Positions 53,998 to 64,000 of a stretch of DNA of 64,000 bases are shown here, piece by piece. The DNA is from Euprymna scolopes (taxonomy: Eukaryota). Location of the stretch: the NCBI GenBank assembly GCA_053919585.1, contig CM132828.1; one strand, 5' to 3'. The notes beneath the pieces were generated by a model. That model was not told the DNA's origin and searched no databases. It was given only the letters and a program-made list of their open reading frames with translations. Position 1 is the stretch's first letter; every line of letters begins with the position of its first letter. Made by a program: the position numbers and the translations under genes.

Positions 53998-54489
53998 AAG
54001 CCACATTCTTGTGAAGTGTGTGGATATTGTTTGTCTGGAAAAGCAAAGTTAGTTATACATGTGAGAACTCACACTGCGGAAAAGCCACATTCTTGTGAAG
54101 TGTGTAAGTATTCTTGTTCTGAAAAAGCATCTTTAATGAGATATATGAGAACTCACACTGGGGAAAAGCCATATTCTTGTGAAGCTATCAAAAATCAGGG
54201 TTAGTCACACATATTAAAACTCACACGGGGGAAAAGCCACATACTTGTAAAGTGTGTAGATATTCTTGTTCTCATAAATCAAACTTACTAATACATATGA
54301 GAAATCACAAAAACCATATTCTATGGCGAAAAACAATATGCTTGTGAAGTGTGGGAATATTCTTGTTCTCAAAAATCAATGTTAGTATTACATATGAGAA
54401 CTCACACTGGTGAAAAACCACATTGTTGTGAAATGTGTAATTATTCTAGTTCTGACAAATCAAATTTAATGAGACACATGAGAACTCAC
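53998..54489 (+). pseudogene. Continuation of the ZF array (~6 fingers) with deletions and frameshifts
   Basis: KPHSCEVCGYCLSGKAKLVIHVRTHTAEKPHSCEVC..., deletion at ~54186, ends CEMCNYSSSDKSNLMRHMRTH. Confidence 0.88.
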
Positions 54490-55077
54490 TAAGCAATAAC
54501 AACAATTGCTGGTTCTGCCACACTTAAGTAGACATCAAATTATTAAGTGGAGAACGGCTTCTAAACAATGTGACACGAAGGAGTGTGTAAATATTTCCAT
54601 GCGAAAATCTGTAAAAACTGAATATCCAATGTAGTAACAGTTGGACATAAGTTATACATCGTCCATTGTGACTACGAAATTCCTACAGCTACACACCCAG
54701 ATGATATTGATATGGTATAAGAGGGAGAAAGTAGCGAAAGTGTAAGTAAGCGTCCCTAATGATGCTGGCCTTAACAAAAGAAAATAATAAAATATCAAGG
54801 ATTTATGTATGACATGAAAAGAAACTGGAATATTAAGACGATCTTAATCATTCTGTCATTATACAAGCTACGGAACAAGAATTTTAAAAACTATCTTGCA
54901 AATATATCTGGTGAACCATGTGCAAGAGAAATACCAATAATTGCACTTAAATGGACGGTTAGCATCTTAAAAAGATCTCTCAGTTAGAGTAACAAAACTA
55001 ATGAGAGAATGTTTGGCATCTGGTGGAAGGCTCCAGTCCCAAGAAAAACAAAGTGATGAGAAAATTAGGAGATAAAA
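54489..55077 (+). mobile_element. Degenerate 5'-truncated R4/Dong-like RLE non-LTR retrotransposon inserted in a ZF linker
   Basis: LSNNNNCWFCHT (zinc knuckle start), HEGVCKYFHAKICK, VSVPNDAGLN, KIIKYQ, and NFKNYLANISGEPCAREIPIIALKWTVSILKRSLS*, which aligns with NLPKYLEAIPGRPSCNEIQIAAIKGTVSILKRALG at 63313-63440. Confidence 0.82.
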
Positions 55078-55370
55078 AAACGCATTCTTGCAAAATGTGT
55101 GTCTATTTTTTGTTCTAAATAATGAAAACTCAACATTAGAACAATTTGTGAGTATTCTCTTTTTTTTAATAATGAAAAGTTATGAAAACATATGAGAACT
55201 CAACACTGGAAAATTCATATTTTAGAACAATTTGTGAATATTCTGTTTTTTTTATAATCAAGTTCATTGATGCATATGAAAATAACACAAATAGTAAAAG
55301 ACATTTTTACAAAATATGTTTCTAGTCTTATTTGAAGAATTTGCATTTATTTATATGAGAACTTCAAACT
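55075..55370 (+). pseudogene. Highly degenerate ZF remnants after the RLE insertion
   Basis: AAAACGCATTCTTGCAAAATGTGT (K-[P]-H-S-C-K-M-C), CATATGAGAACTCAACACTGGA, TGTGAATATTCT. Confidence 0.65.
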
Positions 55371-55526
55371 AGACAAGATTACATATAACACACTTGAAAT
55401 GACTCATGATTAATGCAACAATTCTAAATGAATATTGTCATAATAAAGAGAAAAAGAGAATAATATAATATTAGTAAATAAATAATCACAAAGAATATAA
55501 TTGAGTGCAACTGAAAGAAAAGTCAC

Positions 55527-56605
55527 AGACATGGAATAAAACTATATAATAATATATATTTGTGTTATAGTGTTTTGTTCAAAAGAAGATGTATTTCTTG
55601 TAAGGTAAAAACCACCAATAGAGCGAAGGTCAATGGGATAAGGTATGTTTCCCTTTTGTGTGATGTGCAATGCAAAGATGTCTATTCGTCATGTAAAAAT
55701 AACTGTCTCGCATACGGTTCTTGTTCCGGTTGTAAACAATGTTGATATGTGTATCCACCCACACAGGGAAACCCACAGACGCTGTATACTAACAAAGTAG
55801 AAAAGAAAACATTATACATACATTAATAGATAAATTTACAAGAACACGGTTACATAGACACAATACAACCTGACACATACATATGCACGTTATGTATATG
55901 TATATACACACCAGTATACTACAACGCATGCTCTTACCTGTCCCATGGCCTACTAATATGTACAGTCGAACATGTCACATTAGAGATCACTTTTCTTATG
56001 TGAAAATTGAAATGAGAAAAAGGGAAGTGATTCAGGTCAGATATTAACTGAAATAATGATTAATGAATTCTATCTACATATGTTAATGTCAAGACATGGA
56101 ATAAAGCTATATAATAATATATATTTGTGTTATAGTGTTTTGTTCAGAAGAAGATGTATTTTTTAAGGTAAAAACCACCAAGAGAGCGAGGGTCAATGGG
56201 ATAAGGTATGTTTCCCTTTTGTGTGATATGCAATGCAAAAATGTCTATTCAGTCATATAAAAAAATTGTCTCGCATACAATAGTGGTTCTGGTTGTAAAC
56301 AATGTTGATATGTGTATCCACCCGCACACGGAAAACCACAGACGCTGTATACAAACAAAACAGAAAAGAAAACAATATACATACATTAGCAAATAAATTC
56401 ACATGAACACGGTTACATAGACACAATACAATGTGACATGTACATATGCACATTATGTATATGTATATACACACCAGTATACTACAACACATGCTATTAT
56501 CTGTCCCATGGCCTACTAATATGTACAGCCGAACATGTCACATTAGAGATCACCTTTCTTAGATGAAAATTGAAATGAGAACAAGGGAAGTAAATCAAAG
56601 GTCGG
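55527..56605. repeat. Two direct copies of a ~510-bp sequence (period 565 bp)
   Basis: AGACATGGAATAAA... at 55527 and 56092; collinear through ...GAAATGAGAA(A/C)AAGGGAAGT with scattered substitutions. Confidence 0.92.
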
Positions 56606-57098
56606 TTGTAGTCAGCTGGAAAGCAGTCAATCGGAAGAGAGTTCCATATGCGTGCAGTTCTAAGAAAGAAGCTTTTTTTCATTGAATATACATTTAGGTT
56701 TAGGCACAGATAAAGAGGGTGGGAAATTATTGCTAGTGGTTTTTGCTAGACAAGTTGTTTTCGTGAAGGTTTGGCAAGGGGGACCATATATTGAAGCTCA
56801 GATTAGCACTTGCCATGAAAATAACGATGAAGCAGAGCCAGCCTCGTAACGTCTCTTCTGTAGGAAAGAGGTTGCAGGGAAGAGAAACTGGCATCCCCCC
56901 ACTAAGCTACGAAGTCTTTTCTGGCAGCTCCTGATGTGGATTGTATGTATCTGGCTTTTGAATTTTTCAGCAACTTTGGCAATGGATTTGATATACATGT
57001 TCCATTTCAAATCCAGAAGCTTGTCAAAACATGAAGGCTCCCCAAGGCGAGAGTCGTTCATTTCAATTGATGCTAGATGGGCATCAGATCGTTGATGA
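56606..57098 (-). mobile_element. Degenerate CR1/L2-group LINE fragment
   Basis: KKSFFLRTARIWNSLPIDCFPADYN and LDLKWNMYIKSIAKVA; collinear with 940-1560, with deletions. Confidence 0.85.
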
Positions 57099-57619
57099 TT
57101 TACAAAAAAGAACATGAATATAATGGTTGAAAGTAAAATAAATTGATTTTTACTCTGCCACATTTTTTTCACTTTGCAACATAATCATTAAGTGTCATTT
57201 TTTCTTATTATATAAAACATAACAAAATCAGTAAAAATTGTAAAAAAATAAAATAAAGATTAATATTCAACACTGGATTTTAATTTTTACCGATTGCTAA
57301 AAATTTACACGAATCTTTTCTAATTTCATCTGAAGAAATGTTTTACTTGTTATAAAATATATTCATAACACTTTTTGTTGCAAATTTACATATTTTTTCA
57401 ATGGAGAATAAGTTTTCATTTTTTCTGCCTGTTGTTTTTATTTTGCGTCTGTGTGCTACTGTGCATAGCTTGCTTTATGTCTGAGTGTCCGAGCAAAACA
57501 CGTTGAGGGTTTTAACAATTCACTATAATATATATACAATTCACTATAATATTCTGCTATGGTTGGAACTAAAAGGAAAGAAAAATGGAAAAGAGCATGA
57601 ACGGTACGTTTGCTCCAGC

Positions 57620-58290
57620 GATGCAGTTTGGTCTGAGTTGTTAATGCAGCTGTGAGTCGATGGTGAAAGCTCTCTACCATCCTGTTAGCAGAAGGATGAT
57701 AGGCGATTGTTGCTATGTGAGAAATTTTGAAGGATTGGCAAATATCTCAGAAGGTTTGTTATGTAAACTGGGAACATCTGTCAGTGGTAACAGTCTTGGT
57801 ACACCAAAGTTAGAGATCCAGTTCTCTACACTGCCGGAAAGAAGATGTGGAATTTGTCTATCCGTTTTTATGTTCTGCTTGCTTGTAAATGCAGGGTTAC
57901 TCGCATTTGCGTGAATCATTCCTGAAAAGACGATGGGAATAGCACCAGGTAGATTGTGAGATCTGAATCTTTGCAATGAGCGTTTGTCTTCATAATTTCA
58001 TGTAGTTGGGCCGTGATTGTTTATCCACTACCAGGGATTTAATTGCGTTGGTCAAGGCAGCAATTTCCGATAATTCCATGCTGGAGTTGGATGCGGAGTC
58101 TATAGCAGCATATTGTGTCCCAATAGTGGTTACAACTGATACGAGGTGGTAATTGTTGTCGATGCGGTCGGCGATAACCATTAATTGTATCGGATCCCCA
58201 ACGAACATGGACAGCATGTGGGATAATTGTGGAGGCAGTTTTACCAAAGCTGATGTAAGATATTGTCGTTTATCGTGTGTGCACCGGTAG
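57620..58290 (-). mobile_element. Second, heavily deleted Gypsy remnant (gag-like and integrase fragments)
   Basis: KLPPQLSHML...LMVIADRID (gag-like); ENWISNFGVP and MVESFHHRLTAAL resemble integrase WISRFGVP and GMVERFHRQLKAAL. Confidence 0.65.
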
Positions 58291-59092
58291 GTATATCAGA
58301 ATTTTGGGGGAATTTTTGACACCCCTAACACAAAATTGCAAATAAAATATAAAAGAAACTCGTAATTTCTCTTTTAAATGTGAGTTGTTTATTTTCTTTA
58401 TGGATTATACTTCCAAAATAAACTATTAAAGTTGTATAAAACGTATTATAAATATTATTTTTTTTAAAACAGAAATGAAATTAATTGAATTTTACGAGTA
58501 CAGTATTTTTAAATTTTTAAATTTTAAAAATCTATCAACATTTTTCTATTGATTCAATTTCTTACGATATTTTCAGGATCAATGTGAAATTTTAGTCTCT
58601 TTCCAATAAACCTAATATAATATTTTAGACAAACGTTACTTTTTAACTCACGCCCCCAATTTGAAATGTCTATTAAAAAGTGAATAATTAATTTACTCAC
58701 CAAAGTTTTTTTTTATATCACAAATTGAAGATAAAAATCAATATATTCAAATTTAAAACAAAAAAAGAAGCGTTTATTTAGAAATTTTCATGTAAAGTCC
58801 GAAATTTAAAACAGGAAAAAGGTTACAACACATGATTAGACATGGATGCTGAATCTTGGTGTATTTATCGCTGTCACAGAGGAATACAAAGTTATTTTGT
58901 GTGGAAAAGCCTCATTTTGTTTGGTATGATACTCGGTATACGGAATGAAAAGTGTTTAACGTAAAGTTTTGTAAGTCGAGGTCGAAGGTCACTAATTGTT
59001 GCGCGGCCATATAAAGCATGTTCACAACTTAGTAATAAGAAAAAACATTATACCTGTATATATATACAAAACTATAAAACTATATCATTTAA

Positions 59093-59359
59093 NNNNNNNN
59101 NNNNNNNNNNNNNNNNNNNNNNNNNNNNNNNNNNNNNNNNNNNNNNNNNNNNNNNNNNNNNNNNNNNNNNNNNNNNNNNNNNNNNNNNNNNNNNNNNNNN
59201 NNNNNNNNNNNNNNNNNNNNNNNNNNNNNNNNNNNNNNNNNNNNNNNNNNNNNNNNNNNNNNNNNNNNNNNNNNNNNNNNNNNNNNNNNNNNNNNNNNNN
59301 NNNNNNNNNNNNNNNNNNNNNNNNNNNNNNNNNNNNNNNNNNNNNNNNNNNNNNNNNNN
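59093..59359. other. Assembly gap (267 N)
   Basis: N run. Confidence 1.
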
Positions 59360-60714
59360 ACAAAACAAAGGGGCATGTGCATAGAGTGGTGCACTAATTT
59401 GGTAGTCACATAAGGACATGTGATTGTACGTGTTGACCTCTGTGGAGATGTGTACACATGTTATAGTTCATATTTTACATGAGCGATTTATAGATTTATT
59501 ATACTAGTCTTGAATTGTTCATACTGTGTTAAGTCTGCGTGTAAGAATCTTATAGGTAACAATGTTTATACATGATAAATGCAAACCTTACCTTTCACGA
59601 TGATGCATGTTTATGGATCACGCAAATTTATGTGTGCACTGCTTGATGCCAAGCGAGAGAGGAAGAAGGAAACGGCAGGCTATGTCAGAGGTCACAGGAA
59701 ATGCACGCGTATCAGTCATGTCATGTTTGCACGTGCCCCACTCCGTGCGTGTGTGTACTACGGCACGCAGCTTTCTCTGTGGCTGTGCGTTTGATCTAGA
59801 CAAAGCAAATTTGCGGCAGGTGTAACGGTTCCTATTTACAATGCCTCCCCACGGGACAGAGTTAGACACCAGGATCGTTTTTTAATGTGGAGAAAAGGAA
59901 CAAAAATAAACATTGACTCAGTCGTGAAGGATTTCTCCTCCACTGACAGAGAACAAGAAATTGAAGTGCAACATCTGAAGACCAGCTACAACGCTTTGAT
60001 TTTGTCCCGAAGCCCAAGTTTTCTATAAATGAATTAAGTTACTGATGTCAAAATTAAATGTTAATTTTATTCGGAGTTCATAAAAAAATAAAGTAAAAGA
60101 AATGTAAATATTAATAAACTGCTGAATACTTGTCTTTAACAAAGTTGTCTCTAGCAATATCTAAAAATATAAACAAGTTGACTTTAACAGATGAAACAAT
60201 AACTAAAAATATAAACAAGGCAACAAGATTTCATGATATTTTTTAATCTTTTATTATGTGGATAACAAATATTCATTAGTTAAAAAGGCAAAAACACACA
60301 ACATATAATATATTTTATCTACAATAGTTTTGATACAAGTAATTCCAAAATATTCAGAGTCCTTCTGCACCAGTTGATTCACCGACATAAATTTATATCC
60401 CTAGGTTATTTTAGATGCAACTTACCTTTTGTTCATATTATATATAAAGTACGTATTAGTATTGCATTGTATATCGGTAAATGATATTATGTAGAAACAA
60501 CCTTTTTCAGGTTTTTATGTAGCTCGGTGACATGATGATAATGAATAATTCATAAGACGACACTTTTGTCAGTTATCTTAAGTGATATTCTTACAGGGAA
60601 AGGCTGTAACAAAGAAGTATATTAGTGAAGTGAAAATGAGATAAGGATCAGCCGAGATTCGAACCTTGTAAGCAAAGTTAAGATTTGGAATGTTAGAATT
60701 TAGTCTATTGTTTT

Positions 60715-61377
60715 ATTCTATTAGAAATTGATATTGTTTATATCGTAAAAAGAATTCATAGTTAAATTCTATTAGAAATATATATTGTTTATATTGTAAA
60801 AAGAATTGATTGTTAAATTCTATTAGAAATATATATTGTTTATATTGTAAAAAGAATTGATTGTTAAATTTTATTAGAAATAGATATTGTTTATATTGTA
60901 AAAAGAATTGATTGTTAAATTCTATTAGAAATAGATATTGTTTATATTGTAAAAAGAATTGATTGTTAAATTCTATTAGAAATTGTTATTGTTCATATCG
61001 TAAAAAGAATTGATTGTTAAATTTTATTAGAAATTGATATTGTTTATATCGTAAAAAGAATTGATTGTTAAATTCTAAAAGAAATTGATATTGTATATAT
61101 CGTAAAAAGGATTGTTTAATTCTATTAGAAATTGATATTGTTTATATCGTAAAAATAATTGATTGTTAAATTCTATTAGAAATAGATTGTCTTTATATTG
61201 TAAAAAGAATTGATGGTTAAATTCTATTAGAAATAGATATTGTTTATATTGTAAAAGGAATTGATTTTTTAATTCTATTAGAAATAGATATTGTTTATAT
61301 CGTAAAAAGACTTGATTGTTAATTTTATAAGAAATTGATATTGTTTATATATTTATATCGTAAAAAGAATTGATTGT
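60715..61377. repeat. ~51-bp AT-rich minisatellite, ~13 copies
   Basis: ATTCTATTAGAAATAGATATTGTTTATATTGTAAAAAGAATTGATTGTTAA repeated. Confidence 0.93.
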
Positions 61378-61471
61378 ACATTCTTTTCGAATCGGAATAT
61401 TAAAAATGTCAGCTGAAAGAATGAACAATACACATTAAAAATATAATATTTAAAAATAGGTTAGAGTTATA

Positions 61472-61801
61472 TGTTGATTATTCTTTTGTTATTAAAAGTG
61501 TGTTTCGAAAACGTAGGCATAGTCACGTGAATTGGCACGTTTGGAAAACACACTTCTGACGTCATAGAAATCGGGGATTCTAAATATAGGAGCTAGAGTA
61601 TGTCAGATCAGCGGGGTTGAAGAGTTGAGTTAGCAGTTGAGTTGGATTGAGTTGGCGTCAGTCGTTTGGTAGCGAAGGAAAGAACACCAAACAATGTAGA
61701 TCCAAATTTGAATTCCTGACGTCATCATCATTCGACCGGTTCGATGAATAAAGAATCATCATTTTGTTTTTGTAACTATTGTCATGTGTCATATTTCAAC
61801 A
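61472..61801 (+). mobile_element. Possible solo LTR (330 bp)
   Basis: Inverted ends TGTTGA...TCAACA, TATA-like TAAATATA at ~61581, AATAAA at ~61747, less AT-rich than flanks; no target-site duplication seen. Confidence 0.4.
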
Positions 61802-62204
61802 CTCAAAAGTTAATGTGTTAAACATATTATTATGAACATTGTGTAACCATTACAAGAATATGTATCTTCCTCCATCTGTGTTATAAGAATTGTGCATCCA
61901 TCACCCTATCACCCTCCTCTCTAATATGCATGTTACAAGGAAACATCCCCCTGTTATAAATGTCTTGTCTCCCTCATCGTTACTAGCATGTAATATGAGT
62001 CCCCAGTTATATATGACCCCATTAATATGAACACCAATATGAAACCCCCATCTGCTATATAACAACATTTCCGACGTGAGAATTTGATTAAAGCACTTCA
62101 TATATTTTAATATTTGATTGGTTTTCTATGCAGGAATTTGTGATATTAGAATCGATCCAACAATATATTTTACATTAGACTATATTCTAGGACGATCGAT
62201 TTCT

Positions 62205-62721
62205 TCGAGGAACACTCACTTCAACCAAGGTTTCAACTCTTTCTGAGTTATTTCATATAACGCTGTCAGGTTTCACAGAAGAACTTTCAAGGTAGCTGGT
62301 TGTAGAGATGACATGATCGTAATGTATGCATTCCGATCATGTCATCTCTACAACCAGCTACCTTGAAAATTAGTCATTTAAAACTGTTCTTTCAGGTTGA
62401 GGTTCCCAGGATTTGCTGCAAAATTGTTTGATTCTTAACAGATGGTCCAGTGGATGGACTTACAAACTATCGCATGTCTCATTGTGTAGTAGCAATCCCT
62501 AAAAGAACCTGACAACTTGATACTAGATGTCTCACACTTTTTAATTCCGTGTGACAGAATCTAAATTTATTGTCATTACTGAGACCAGTCATCTTCTTTA
62601 ATGCATTGGTTACAAATCCTTGTTCCTGAGAAGCCATTATAACCCTTTCCTTATCGTGATGGAGGGCTTCCCTTTTGAGCCTGTCCAAGGAAGCTTTTTT
62701 GTCTATTGTGGAAAGCTCCCA
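62205..62721 (-). mobile_element. Degenerate R4/Dong-like RLE retrotransposon fragment (zinc knuckle to start of RLE)
   Basis: IDKKASLDRLKREALHHDKERVIMASQEQGFVTN...FRFCHTELKSVRHLVSSC, RHAIVCKSIHWTIC, WEPQPERTVLND, then KPDSVI*NNSERVETLVEVSVP at ~62205-62272. Confidence 0.82.
62285..62368. repeat. 84-bp near-perfect palindrome (35-bp perfect arms)
   Basis: TTTCAAGGTAGCTGGTTGTAGAGATGACATGATCG and its exact reverse complement flank TAATGTATGCATTC. Confidence 0.95.
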
Positions 62722-63241
62722 TTTTTACTTTTTTGTTTTATTTTACTTCGGTCGAACTTCTCAGAAGTCAAAGGGCCACAACATGGAGCTAACACTTGAA
62801 CTCTATATGATACATAGATATTCGAATTTTCCCTTTAAGTTCTTTATCTCTTAAACACAGAGTAAAGAAATTGAGAACATAATTTTCCTCTCCCCAATCA
62901 AGCATTTTTATACGTTATAATATATCTTTTATTTTGGTCTCTTGGTCTTACTGGATTCCAGGACAATAAATTATCTAGTCTGGTGGAGTATCCAGCTTCA
63001 GGCTATTACTTGAGGTAATATCACCTGAAGAAGGTGCACCATTCCTCGTAAAAGCTAATCTAGGTTAGCCATAGCGAGAAGATCTTATTTGGGCAGCGAA
63101 TACAAAATGTGATTTTGAATATTTGGTCAGGGTTTACTTCTATAGAAAAAGTATCCTCATGCCAGGTTGTTCTGACAAACCCCTGAAAAGAGAGACATTA
63201 GACACTCGCGGATAGTAACTACTATGCATTCAAATTCTCTC
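62722..63241 (-). mobile_element. Non-autonomous SINE-like element, copy 3 (full length)
   Basis: Reverse complement starts GAGAGAATTTGAATGC and ends GAAGTAAAATAAAACAAAAAAG, as in copy 2. Confidence 0.9.
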
Positions 63242-63725
63242 TTTTTATTTAGTTTACTTCAGTATCTTTTAAGAGATCAAGGGCTCCCTTTTGGAGCTCA
63301 CACTTGATGCTGTTATGATTTAAATTTATATCCGAGGGCTCTTTTAAGAATAGATACTGTTCCCTTTATGGCTGCTATCTGTATTTCATTACAGCTTGGT
63401 CTTCCAGGGATTGCTTCTAAGTATTTAGGAAGATTCTTTTTTATTAACCCAGTTGCTCCTATCACAACCGGTATAATGTTTATTTCTTTCAGAGACCATG
63501 TCGTTTTTAGATCATTTTTAAGGTCCCAATATTTTGTTATCTTTTCCCGTTCAGCTCTGTTAAGGCCGAAATCATTTGGGACTGTAACATCGACAATGAA
63601 CGCAGTTCTTTCAGGCTTGTTCCATATTACAATATCTGCTTTGATGGCTTTGTTTCTTATGTATCTGCCTGCCTGTATATCTTTGTCATAGAACACGGTC
63701 ACATTTCCATTTGATGTTATTGGTG
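63242..63725 (-). mobile_element. 5'-truncated R4/Dong-like RLE non-LTR retrotransposon (open endonuclease domain, 3' UTR, A-rich tail)
   Basis: YDKDIQ...IKADIVIW...IVDVTVPND...EREKITKYWDL...IIPVVIGATG matches the PD..D..P..K..KY RLE signature; stop at 63313; tail TAAACTAAATAAAAA. Confidence 0.9.
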
Positions 63726-63840
63726 GCCAGTGTGCGTTCTCATAACGTTGATTTTCTAGAACAGGAATGTCCACAAGCTTCACAAAAATATGGCTTTTCG
63801 CCAGTGTGAGTTCTCATATGTGCCAATGAATTTGATGTTA
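63726..63840 (-). pseudogene. C2H2 zinc-finger remnant fused to the RLE element
   Basis: Minus strand CATATGAGAACTCACACTGGCGAAAAGCCATATTTTTGTGAAGCTTGTGGACAT ([18 protein letters not shown])...ATGAGAACGCACACTGGC, then LINE sequence. Confidence 0.88.
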
Positions 63841-64000
63841 GTTTTTGCTTGTTGTAAATATGAGAAACGAGTTACATTTCATTGAAAAGCTCATATGAAA
63901 CACAGACGAAAAATAATCACATATTTCTTTACTTAGCAAAGAACCAGACGATACAGTTACTGCTTAAGATATAGTATAAAGACAATTGCATATAGAACTT

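Noticed and set aside
58996-59457. ORFs containing X runs
   Set aside because: They span the assembly gap
63313-63783. Stand-alone 156-aa nuclease gene, or ZF repeats as the LINE's own N-terminal zinc fingers
   Set aside because: The ZF DNA is joined out of frame to the extreme C-terminal part of the LINE ORF, and elsewhere ZF sequence lies on both sides of the insertions, so it is target rather than element

Overview
AT-rich, repeat-dense eukaryotic (probably invertebrate animal) DNA with no intact housekeeping gene. 55% of the window (5858-41300) is a near-homogeneous satellite of 210 copies of a 169-bp unit. The unit is the D-to-D part of the integrase core of a dead Ty3/Gypsy element (minus strand, ~5467-44258); the ~180 repeated 62-aa ORFs are an artefact of it. 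The flanks hold three C2H2 zinc-finger (ZF) loci (2226-2470 +, 52777-55370 +, 63726-63840 -), several CR1/L2-group LINE fragments, a second Gypsy remnant, mini/microsatellites and a 267-N gap. The most interesting signal is a set of R4/Dong-like non-LTR retrotransposons with a restriction-like endonuclease (RLE), plus a ~520-bp non-autonomous element sharing the 3' tail of one of them. They are repeatedly inserted, always in the ZF sense orientation, in the HTGEKP linker of ZF genes. This suggests a zinc-finger-linker-targeting LINE/SINE system that truncates ZF arrays. All family assignments are from motif recognition by eye; no searches were run.
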